Assembly: GCA_030295235.1 (NCBI GenBank)
Contig: AP026124.1
Coordinates: 1,364,001-1,428,000 of the forward strand
Reading direction: 5' to 3'
From: Fistulifera solaris
Lineage: Eukaryota
Length of the DNA stretch: 64,000 bases
A program made the position numbers and the translations under genes. The notes under the pieces are model-generated. The model searched no databases. It was given only the letters and a program-made list of their open reading frames with translations, and was not told the origin of the DNA. Below, one piece after another: positions 24,662 through 35,768 of this stretch (positions within the stretch are counted from its first letter, which is position 1; every line of letters starts with the position of its first letter).

Positions 24662-25527
24662 ATGGTACTCTATATGGTCGGTCTCGGCCTGGGAAACGAA
24701 GAAGACATTACCGTGCGTGGCTTCAATATTGTCAAAAGCGCCGACCATATCTTCCTTGAAGCTTATACTAGCGTTCTAGGCGTGGATCGAGAGCGCTTGG
24801 AAGAATTCTACGGCAAACCCGTTATCATCGCAGATCGAGACATGGTTGAGCAACAAGTCGAAGATCTCGTACTCGTACCTGCAAAAACGAAAAAGGTCGC
24901 CTTTCTCGTGGTAGGAGATCCAGTTTGCGCAACAACACACACTGATTTGTGGTTAAGGGCCCGACAAATGGGTATTGAAGTAGAAATGATTCATAATGCG
25001 TCTATCATGGGTGCGGCGGGTGCTTGTGGCCTGCAGTTGTATAACTTTGGGCACACGGTCAGCATTCCATTTTTGAAGAAAATTGGCGTCCTACTTCGTT
25101 CTATCCTAAGATCAAGTTCAACCGACAAGGCGGCATGCATACACTTTGTCTTTTGGATATTAAAGTAAAAGAACCTGATTTTGACGCAATGATGAAAGGC
25201 AAAACGAAATATCTTCCACCGCGATTCATGTCGGTGAATACTGCTGCCGAACAGTTATTAGAGGCGGAACAAACCGTCGCACAGCAAGCGTACGATGGAG
25301 CGAAGACACTGTGTGTGGGTTTGGCTCGTATGGGACAGCCTACGCAATGCATTCGAGCAGGGACGCTGGAAGAACTTCGCGAGTACGATTTTGGTGGGCC
25401 GTTGCATTCTATGATCATCTGTGGTGACTTGCACGACTTGGAACTGGAAGTACTAAAAGAGTATCTCATTGATGGATCAAAATTTGAGCTCGAACATATT
25501 GAGACGCAGCATGATGAAATCAGATAA
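24662..25527 (+). CDS. DPH5: Diphthine methyl ester synthase; frameshift in the T-run ~25070-25074
   Basis: MVLYMVGLGL, FLEAYTS, GDPVCATTHTDL, GLQLYNFGHTVSIPF, HTLCLLDIKVKE and DFGGPLHS. Confidence 0.95.
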
Positions 25528-25615
25528 GCTTATGTATGTATGTATGTATTATTATTATGCGAGTCATCTGTTGACTAGGCAACAGAACGACTAACCAACG
25601 AAAAAGGGACTGTCT

Positions 25616-26113
25616 TCACCATGTTCCCGATAAAAGCAAAGTAGTCACTAGCATGACTTGCGGATCTTCAATAGCTATTTTTTTTACAACAAGGGAAGAA
25701 CTGAATTGTCGGGAAGGACTCTGATCGGCTATCAGTCGAGGGAAGTCGACAAAAAGTGTATGGCCCATGTAGACACCCTCAGGAATTACGACAGCGATCA
25801 ACCGACTAGTTCCATCCGGTGGGAAGATAAATATCGTGTCACCAGGATTTACATTTGTAGGAGCTACAACAGCAACTAGCGTGTCGTCGGTGCCCTTTTC
25901 AAGAATAGAGCGCGGTACCGCCTGTAATGCGTTGCCTCCCGTCTTCACAAGAACGGCATCCATAAGCGGACAGCATCCTCGTAATGGTGTGCGTCGATTT
26001 CCAGGAAAAGACGAAGAGTCGCCGCATCGAGCCCCGATAGTCGAGCAGCTTGCATCTGATGTTTGTAAAGGAGTATATCTTGCAGTTGCGCTGTACAGTT
26101 CCCACGTCTTCAT
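25616..26113 (-). CDS. Hypothetical protein
   Basis: 165-aa ORF with a duplicated V-x-x-P-x-x-V-x-x-G-x-T-hydrophobic motif; function not recognised. Confidence 0.5.
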   Translation of the reverse strand: MKTWELYSATARYTPLQTSDASCSTIGARCGDSSSFPGNRRTPLRGCCPLMDAVLVKTGGNALQAVPRSILEKGTDDTLVAVVAPTNVNPGDTIFIFPPDGTSRLIAVVIPEGVYMGHTLFVDFPRLIADQSPSRQFSSSLVVKKIAIEDPQVMLVTTLLLSGTW

Positions 26114-26547
26114 AGTTGGTATATGTGTAAATGTGTGTAACTGGAAGCCTTAAAAAAAGGAAGTAGATTAGCCAAAAGATGCGACAAAATTGGAAATAGC
26201 GTGTGGGATTGATGCCAGAGGTCCTTGTGGAATAATGGTTGATGCAGCTTTGTAATGATTGCAACCAAAGTCACTGTACCATTTTGACAAGTCAATCGTG
26301 GGATCGGATTGATTCGCATAACACTATCCCAGTTCACGACTCAAGGCTTCGAATAGAGCGTGTATGATGAGGTGATGTCGATTTTTTCAACTGTGTACGT
26401 AAACCCATGTAAAGTTTCTGAACACAAAAGTTTGAAAAACTATGTAGATTCCAAAGTAAACTCAACTTTAACAGATTGAAAATTCAATCGTTATTTAATA
26501 AAGGAAAAGCTTCAAAAGGAACAAATTCGCTAGATAACGAAAACAGT

Positions 26548-28304
26548 TTATTCTTCCTCTTCATCGTCGTAATAATCCTCATCGTCGTACTCGTATTCAT
26601 CCCCGATAGCTTCCTCTTCTTCAACAGCCTCCTCTACGGAAGAGGAAATTGATTTTTCTTCTCTGACTGCGGGCTTGGCTTCAGCCTCTTGTTCGGATTT
26701 TGTTTCTTCCTCTTCCGCAGATTTCGAAGCTTCATTTGCTTCAACGGTTTCCCCTTCCTCATTTACAGTCTCTTCATCTAAGTTCATCCCTTTCTCAAGA
26801 ATGTCCGGGGCGACAGTAGTACCCATGCGTGAGGGTAAGAAAAGACCAAAGGCATCCAACTTTGGAGAAGTCTTTTGACCATCAATTTTGTCTGTGGTAA
26901 TAATTCCTTACTATAAAAAGCACACCATTTCTTCAAAATAGCCGGATCCGCTCCCTTCAAATCGTCATCTTTCAATGCCCTGTTCAAAGCAACGGCGACA
27001 GCGGAACAGAGTCCAATCATGTCAGCAACCACTCGCTCAACTGCTAGCGCCGTGTTTTCACATTCTTCGCCATCCTTTAATTGGCATGCAAGACCGGCTT
27101 TCAGTAAAACTGCAGCACTTTCCAACTGCTCGACTCGAAGACAGGTTGAAGTAATGGGCTTTGGTGCTTTCTTTTGTCGGACTTCGGAAGAACTGCGATT
27201 TCGTCAAACATTCCACCATAGCACTGAGTTCGCAAAAGAACATAGTGGGAATAACGCGACAAAAATGCCCTGAACTTAACATTTTCTGGAGTGGTGTCGC
27301 CAGCTAGCAGTTGCTTCGTGTTGAAAAATTTGTCTTTTCGCTTCGGATCCCTCGTACGACGGAGCTCACGAAGACGCGCCTTGAGAGCCGCTGCATGCTC
27401 TGGTGCACCGTCTGCTGAAAATCGATGCATAATGTAAACGGCTTTCATGGTGGTTCGCCAGTCCCTCTCTACCATCTTGCCCCATAATTTGCGAAGCACC
27501 GCATCGTAAATGTCAAATTTCGGACCAATTTGGTAAGTAACGCCCACCAATCGCTCTACGTGCTTTCCCTTTACCGGTGTATCGTCAGGTTTAGTGGCTT
27601 TCAACATGACTTGCTCCAGTTCCGAGCTCGTGAGCCCCTTCACTTCTCTGTATAGATTCGCTGAAATGGACGACGTTGCCTTCCGAGCAGTGGAAATCGA
27701 AGATAGTGCAGCGTCTTTGACAGACGATGGATCCGGCATGGAACTACGGATAGCGGCTAATCCTTTGGTGAATGCTGTGGCGGCCCCTCCTTGTTGTTTT
27801 GAATAGCGCACGAGTGAACCTTGTTTAGTTCTTCCCCCCGATGGATGAGGACGACGTGAGGGAGGTCCACGCGACGATTTTGGACGGGGGCGATAGTAGT
27901 CATCCTCGTCCTCGTATCTTGGTGGTGCACGTTTTCGGGCTTGACTGCGAGGTGGGGGTTGCTTTCGCGATTTTGGTCCAGGGCCCTTTCTTTTTGTAGG
28001 CGGAGCAATTTCGTCGTCGTAGGGTGATGTACTTTCGTCCTCGTCTTCTTCCTCTACAAAAACTCTTCTTCATCAGCAGGCAAATCAAGCAGGTCATCTG
28101 TCTCATCCTCTACCTCTTCATCTTCTTCGACGTATTTCGGTCTCCTCGAAACGGGTGCTTTTTTTGGACGATGGCGGTGGTTTACTCGAACGACGACTGG
28201 AAGTGCTTGGCTTTCGTGACGGTTTTCTTTGCCGATGCCACTTGCGACTCCAGTAGGACTGCTAGCACCGCTAGTATGGCAACAGTTGTGGGTAATAACT
28301 TCAT
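26548..28304 (-). CDS. ANTH/ENTH-domain protein with N-terminal signal peptide and acidic tail; several homopolymer frameshifts
   Basis: LKATKPDDTPVKGKHVERL...WRTTMKAVYIMHRF (ANTH-like); N-terminus MKLLPTTVAILAVLAVLLESQVASA. Confidence 0.72.
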
Positions 28305-28638
28305 TTGGATGCTAATAAATGTAACTTGTTGCGTTTAGACACTCTTTATTGACGAGCGTTTCGCCGATTTTCAGCAATTTGCTGCAGCACATGCAACGTG
28401 GAAGACACACTGCACGGCAAGCCGACACGTGGAGTGTCATATTCGTGAATGAACACTCGTGACACTGACCGTGACCGTCTGGACGTCCGTCACCGAAAAT
28501 GAAGAGATACGAGGAGGAGGAGTCGTCGTCGCCGCTCGCCGCCCACAAAAAAGAAAAATGTTAGTAACAAAACCATCCAACAAGAGCTGCTTTCATTGTT
28601 TTGTTGCTTTATGTACCCACAAAACGACGCATTTCACG

Positions 28639-29286
28639 ATGGAAAACGACGAAATACCGGATCATAATCGAAAGAGGCCTAATATCTTGGTCACGGGAAC
28701 CCCTGGAGTTGGGAAAACAGTAACAGCATCCTTACTTGCGGTAGGTCTTTCGATCGATTGAGGTTCTTCGTTTTATGTATCCGCCTTCAACAATCTGATG
28801 GACGACTTTCCACAGGAAAAACTCGGATTAAGACATATTAATGTGGGTGAGATTATAGCCGAGAATAAATTTTATGAAGGAAGAGATAATGAACTCGACA
28901 CACATATCTTAGATGAGGACAAGCTCCTGGACTTGATGGAAACCATGCTGGAAGAAGCAGCGGATGAGGGAGTGGGCATAGTAGCAGACTTTCACTCGTG
29001 TGAATTATTTCCAGAGAGATGGTTCGATCTCGTCCTAGTACTTCGTGCATCCACCGAAGTTTTGTTCGACAGACTCACCAAACGAGGGTACAATGACAAG
29101 AAGCGAGATGAGAACATGGAAAGCGAAATTATGCAGGTCATATTAGATGAAGCAAGAGAATCATATGATCCTCAAATCGTGCACGAAGTGCCTTCAAACA
29201 CATTGGAAGAGATGGAAAGCAATGTCCAGCGAGTAAAGCAATGGATGGATCAATGGATGGCGGATAACGCGTGCGAAACGGAATGA
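28639..29286 (+). CDS. AK6: Adenylate kinase 6 / Fap7 / hCINAP; intron 28741-28815
   Basis: PNILVTGTPGVGKT, DFHSCELFPERWFDLVLVLR and EARESY. Confidence 0.95.
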
Positions 29287-29370
29287 TAACAGATACTCTT
29301 TAGGTTAAAGTCACGGCTAAAAAATGATCGATCATCAACTATAATCATCATTTAATGGTAGCTGAACTGC

Positions 29371-32179
29371 TTAAATGTTAGTTGCTTTATCGAAGCGTTG
29401 TCGAACAATATTCGTCCAACTTTCGACGGCACTAGACCCGTCCGATCCAAATGATTTTAGAACCGATAACGCTTCTTTGCACGATTGTAGGGTTGCATTA
29501 CGAGATTCAATACCACCGTCTGTTATCAACAATGCTGCTTCGGAGATAGAACCGGCCCTAGCTTCTACCATGGCCTTAGCAACTGCCGAACGATAAGGAA
29601 GATCAATCAATTTGTTCGAGTGGATTATTCGTTCAGCGGCGGCTTTCACAAAGTCCGTGATAATCTTTCCGCCTAGCAACTTCGGCGCCTCCTCATTGAT
29701 GATACGCTTCACGGTATCTGAAACATCACCAATGTCACCAAGTTTGGAAGAAAAGTCAACGATGCGAGTGAAAATTCCGCTACTGTTCTTGTCAATCGAA
29801 AGGCCCTTGAAAAGAGCTTGTAAGGCCATCAGCATCTTCTTCCGCCGGATAGCCACATCATACTGCATCGTCCACGACTCTATAGATTTTGGCGCATATT
29901 GAGTCAACATAGCAGCATACTTTCTGGCCTCGTCGAGTGGGTCTTTCTGAAGAAATTCTTTTCCAAGGGGATCTTCGTCGACAACTCCTGGTTTTGCTCC
30001 TTTTCTGTTCTTGTTGTTACCACTTCCATTTGCAATCTCCTTGTCATTATCTGCAGACGACTTTTCTTCGGTCTTCTTCTTCTTACGCGCTATCGCTTTA
30101 GCCTTCTTTCTCTCGGCGGCTGTCATCTGAGAGTAATCAGGCTCGTCCGATTCAGATGACGAGGGACTGTCGGCGAGGTGCAAGTAAATTCGAATGATTC
30201 CAGCAGCAGCTCTGCAATAGTACTCCTCTCCAAACACAGCGTCTTCAAAGCGAAGAACACTCACATAAGCGCGAAGTGTCACCTTTCTTAAACAGTACGA
30301 GTGGAAGTCAAACTGGTCTTCGTTGAAATCGTCAAAATGTTTGATGACGGCAACTATTCACGCAAACAGTGAGAGAACTAAATCGAACAAAGGGTCGAGA
30401 ACCTTCTTCCTACTTACAGTACTTTTTCAGGCTTCGACCCCAATCTTTTTTCCTCTCGAGACACGCAGCCAGTTCGAGCTCGTACCATGAGCATTGCATT
30501 TCAGACAAATTCTGCTCTGGATTACCTTCATGTTTCGTAAACAGAGATATACATTTGAGCGCTTGTTCCTCCTTCCCTGCTTGTAGCATGTATTTAGCCG
30601 TTTGGTTGTTGATGTAACGATCTTGCAGATCCATATTTCTGCCTTTATCTAAGCACTCCACCGCAGAGTCGATGTCGCCAGCGGCACGGAGAAGCTTTGC
30701 TTTCAACTCGTACACATCCACGATGGATGGCGTATGCGCAATACACTTGTCAAGTAAAGCAAGACCTTCAGTGTACTCGCCTGCCACGTCATGAAGACTC
30801 GCTCTTAAAAACCATGTCCACAACAGTGTCGATGCTGATTGTTCCGTCTCGTCTGTCTCTGAGAACCTTGTAAGCGACGTTAAATTCGCTATGTATCCGT
30901 CAACCATCCCAGTAATCATCTTAAAAAGCGCGTGGGATTTGCACTCAACAGGATCCGTTACCCTACGAAGCCTACCATTTGCTTCAACGAACAGGTACGA
31001 GCAAAGCTCGGATGACAAAGACGGAACTCCTTTAGGGAGATCCTTTCTGCAGCGTAGGTCAAGCTTGCGAATCAACTGATCAGGCTCTAACCAGCTATAT
31101 GGTATCCTAGCGACCGCATCTGAATGGGAAAATGAGGGTTCCAGAACACTTTTGTATGTTACTGTCAGTTTCTCCTTTTCTTCTACAGATAAAGGTATCA
31201 GAGTTGCCAAGGTCTGCGAGCCTCGGAGACGAAGAACTTCATCCACCACGGAAGGCTCCACTTGCAATACCGAACACATAAATAAGGAGTGAACCAAATA
31301 ATGTTCCGTCATACCGCGCTGAAACATCTGAATTGTCGTCTCACGGGCTTCGTCGAACTCCCTCAGTCTAAGCTGAAACTCCGCTCGCTTCAACAGCCAA
31401 GCACCACGATCCACAACCACTCCTTCGCACACACTCAAATGATGCAAGGCTTCCTTGTAATTGTCGGGCATTTCAGCCAGGATACTATTTTTATACAAAG
31501 CCAGCTCACTGGATTCAAAGCAGCGCCCTAATTCAGCGCTCCCTTCAGTCAAAGTGCCCATGTACGTATCAATAACTTTAACTGCTCCGTCGAGGTCACC
31601 GTTCATGTGTCTAGACAGAGCAAACGCCATCCAGTTGATCTTTGCATTCGGTTTTAACGTGAGCAGGTGGTTCCGAGTGACTTCAAAACCACTCAGGTCT
31701 CTCATTTGTATCTGGAGCATCGACAAATCACGCAAAATCTGCAAATTTTCTGGGTCAATGCGTAAAGCTTGTTTGTAAGCTTTGATTGCTTCGTTGTAAT
31801 TCCGATCGGAACGGTAAAGGAGACCATAAACATGCCAGCAAACGTGCGACCTGGACATTCAATAGAGAACAAATTAGCAATTAAAGTTTGGAGTCGATCG
31901 ACACAAATGACTATTTTTATTCACTTACCGCATGTCGTTTCTTAGGCCTAACTTAACAAACTCGTGAGCTTCCTCCTTCTTAGCCATGTAGTTCAATGTG
32001 AGACCTTTCATCGCCAAAGTTTCTCCGTGATTAGGAAACCTTCGAAGAATCGTATCAGCATGCTTAATGGCTTTCTTGTATTGTTTCATTTCGTAAAGCT
32101 TGACTACATTTTTGAACAAGTCGGCTTCTTTCTTGGGCAGAGGGCGACCGGCCCCAGCTTGCGGATTGTCATCTGTCAT
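29371..32179 (-). CDS. NAA15: NatA auxiliary subunit (NAA15/16, NAT1); introns 31851-31928 and 30354-30417
   Basis: HGETLAMKGL, MR|SHVCWHVYGLLYRSDRNY, DLQDRYINN, MQCSWY and DQFDFHSYCLRKVTLRAY. Confidence 0.95.
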
Positions 32180-33094
32180 CGCAATATGTACGTGTCAAAA
32201 GCGGGAGAACTGCAGCGTTACGCCGGCTCTCTCTGTTTCGTTGATTTGGGTTATTAGTAATTGCTTCAAAGGTGAACACTTTTTATTTACACGATGTTCA
32301 TTTTCTCGGTGTTTCTCTTCCACCCAAATGAATGCATCTGATCTGTTCATCTGTCCAACATCATTCGTTCGTTGAATGCAAGCCACAAAGCCCGCTTCGC
32401 ACCTTTTTCGCTTTCACTCAAAGTCGTATCGGTTTCACAAGCACGTCAATCAAGCAACGTAACCTTAGCCTTGCAAGGTACCGGTACCGGTACCGGTACT
32501 CCGTTATTGTTTACGGGTAAGCATTAAGCCATTAATGCATAACGAAACATAAACATCGATAAAACTGATACATGTCTACGGTGTAATCAAATTCAGTGAG
32601 TCATCGTTGATTTAGTTCAGTAGAACAGTCACCTTAGAACGGCATGTCAATTCATTGTGAAGCGCGTTTATAACTCACGGGACTGATTTATTTTAAGTCG
32701 GAGAAAAAGGTCGCAAACTCTTCATGCAATAGTAAAACTGATGTTACAAAATCCAATTGACGTAACTTCAATTTTGGAAATAAGATAATCAACAACGGGA
32801 ACATCAATATAGCCACTGTTGATTGTGCTAATCATGCAACATCCATGGGCCCAAAAGTGCCTCTTAGAATGTGGTGTGGCATTGAAATGAAAGCGGTCTA
32901 CTTTTCGGGACTGAATATCGATTGAGTCGGAGAAAAAGGGAACAGAGGGAACAGGACACTTTATAGGAGACGGTCCATCTCGAGAAACCAAAACAAACAA
33001 AAACGCATTGAAGGGCATGTGGAAAGAATTACTCCGTATAAAAACCAATCATCTCTAAAATCAATCACAATAAATCAAAAAATCTATTAGAAGC

Positions 33095-33364
33095 ATGACA
33101 GGGGCAACAGCGGCAACCCGATCGAGAGCTCTTTCGTTATACCGTCAGCTGTTACGCGCTGCTGCCCAAATGCCAACACCCAATCGTCGACGATTTGTCA
33201 TCAAAAAGACACGGGCTGAATTCAAGGCGAACAAAGGCCTTACGGATCCGGAGGAAATTGAATTTGGCTTGCGTCTGGCGGACACCAATCTCGATACCGT
33301 ATTAGTACAGGCGGAGCATTTGACTCGATTAATGAAGGATCCGAATTATCATGCCGATATCTGA
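33095..33364 (+). CDS. LYR-motif protein (LYRM4/ISD11-like)
   Basis: ALSLYRQLLRAA...TRAEFKANK. Confidence 0.85.
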   Translation: MTGATAATRSRALSLYRQLLRAAAQMPTPNRRRFVIKKTRAEFKANKGLTDPEEIEFGLRLADTNLDTVLVQAEHLTRLMKDPNYHADI

Positions 33365-33499
33365 ACGACACGTTCCATGCAACAAAAAGTAATAGAGAGG
33401 CATCTATCGTCATCGTTGCTTCATTACTTTAAAAAAATATGATTGTATAATAGTGAAGCTTATACTTACTGAGACTAATGGCTAATCCAGCTTGACTGC

Positions 33500-34898
33500 T
33501 TAAAGCGAGAATGGGCAGATAATTTTCCGTCCCTGGACGATCTCTTCCATTCCTTCACCACTGTAAGAGGTGAGAGGCGAAACCTCGCAAATACCACTTT
33601 CATCGCCAGTAAGCTTCCCTCCGGCTGCCGTTACAAAAGTCTTGGACATGGCGGAAATAAGTTCCCGAGCAGTGTCAGGGCTGTCAGTGGGAGATCCAGG
33701 CTTGTTCTTCACAGGAGCGAACTCCATGGAGCGATCAACGTCCAGTACAGCCATTTTCTCGGAAAATGGAAAAACATCAAAAATAAACGTCTCCAATTTG
33801 AGACCGGAATTGGCAGTGGGTGTAATGGTCTCTTTCTTTTCCCCGTCGTAGTATTTGATCTTTTTGCGTGCAATGTGGTAGAGATTCCCCAAGTTGGGAA
33901 TGATTTTGTCCTTGATGAATTCGATGGTGTAAAAGTGATTGCAGATATTTCCCGCTCCGTAAACCAAACGGCCATCGTCGTCTACACTTTCTGCCATTTC
34001 CTTGGAAATCTCCGAATACTCGACAATGCAGGGCTTTCCCGATCGAGTCGCCACAACTCCGACCGACTCAGCGGCGTCTACTTTCCAGCAAACCTTGTTT
34101 CCGCAGTCGGAGCCTTGGTTGATGCAGTAGCCCATAAAAACAGGATCAGCGGGTTTGATCAAAGCATTATCAATACTAAAGACGTGAAGGTATTTGACTC
34201 CTCGCTTTTCCATATCAGCGAGTGCACCGGACGACACCATAGAGGGTAGATGCCGCCGTTACCGTCGGGTGCCATAGCCACTTCACCAGCGGTCTCCATG
34301 ATAATCATTCCATCGTCTTTCATGCAGGGCAACATTCCTTGTGAAAAGAAAGAAACGTTCTCTTTCCAAGATCAAAGTAGTTGTGACTTTCCCAGAATTT
34401 TTCTGTTTCGGCGTGGTTGAGAGGTGAAGTCATAATGTAAAATGGCACGATGACATTATCCCCGGCAAGCGTTTCAAGACGTTTGATGCGCTCAGCCATC
34501 AATTGAAAAAGAGACTTTTTACTGGGCAACCCGATGTCGTACATGCCTTTCGGGCCATCATAACCGAGTCTAGTACCTTGTCCACCCGCAAGAACGAGAG
34601 CAGCAACATGCCCTTTCGCGATGGCTTCCATTCCGATCTTGCTACAGTCCGCAACAAGTTTTTCATCAGTTGTACGTCCGACTGGTCCCCCGAACGGCTT
34701 TATATCAGCGTCCGAAGATGCCGCAGACTCCTGTTCGAAGGCGGACTTGAGGAGCGAATCTAATCGCTCGACTTGGATCTCGTCAAGCTGAGAAAGTAAC
34801 TTTTCCTTTTCGTCGACATTAAGCGAGTCATAAAAGTCAAAGACGTGCGACTGCCCTGCGCTAGCGTATCTAGCTCGAACCTGCTCCTCTTCGACCAT
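33500..34898 (-). CDS. UAP1: UDP-N-acetylglucosamine pyrophosphorylase; frameshifts ~34364 and ~34245
   Basis: [42 protein letters not shown] and EFAPVKN. Confidence 0.95.
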
Positions 34899-35768
34899 GG
34901 TTCCTGTATTACTCCGTATTCAACAAGATGATTGTTTAAATTGTGCCTTGGCATTTTGGTTTTGCAATTGGAAGGACATTTGGCCCTTCCTTGGCGCGAC
35001 TAGCGTGAACGTGAACAGGTCCTTAACCTTTAACCTTAGACATCCCGTATCGAATGTCGGATGCCGGATGCTGAATGGCTACTGGCTACTACGTAGTTAG
35101 AGTAGGGTCATTTCGTACCAGGTGATAGTGTAGTCATAACACGTATACCCGCTACTTTTGCGTTCGCACTACCGCACCAACGGAAACAACAATTTGACAG
35201 TGTACAAATTTTTGTTCTGCAGTATTCAAGTGTTAACCGTCATAAACCGCTATCACCATGCCTTCACGTAGTAAAAATGACTGATGACGTACGAAATCTA
35301 AACCAATAATAAGCCAACATCCAGGTTGTATACCTTTAATTAGTAGACGACTTTTGTTATACCCGCTGCTTTTATCGCGCTTATTTTTTTTGCGGTACGT
35401 TTTGTACCTGGTACGGCTCCCATTTGTGTGATCAGGCCCGACGGCCGACGGCTTGATGATTTTGACCCAGAAAATGAGTTTCACCTTTCACCGGTGATCA
35501 CCGTCGTGTAGTGTAGAGTCTGGTGAAGCTCGTCAAGATTACGTTGCTTTTGCTTCATTGCTGCTCTTGGGAATTCAAGCAGCTTCACAAAAAGATTAAG
35601 CATATCAGATTCTCACGTATTTATTGCTCTCAGAAAAAGCGCTGGCGTGAGATTTCCTGAAAAGCTTGCCTAAATTGTTCTGTTGGGTTAGTCGGAGTTT
35701 TAGTTAAAAAAAGAGGCCGAAATCCGGTGGAGAAGTAGAGCAATCGACAGCAGTAATTTGCGGTCTTT

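Noticed and set aside
24662..34898. DPH5 and UAP1 as pseudogenes or programmed frameshifts
   Set aside because: Lesions are only homopolymer indels in otherwise intact conserved genes, and the same pattern occurs across the window.
35020..35040. Interstitial telomere-like repeat (CCTTAACCTTTAACCTTAG)
   Set aside because: Too short and imperfect.
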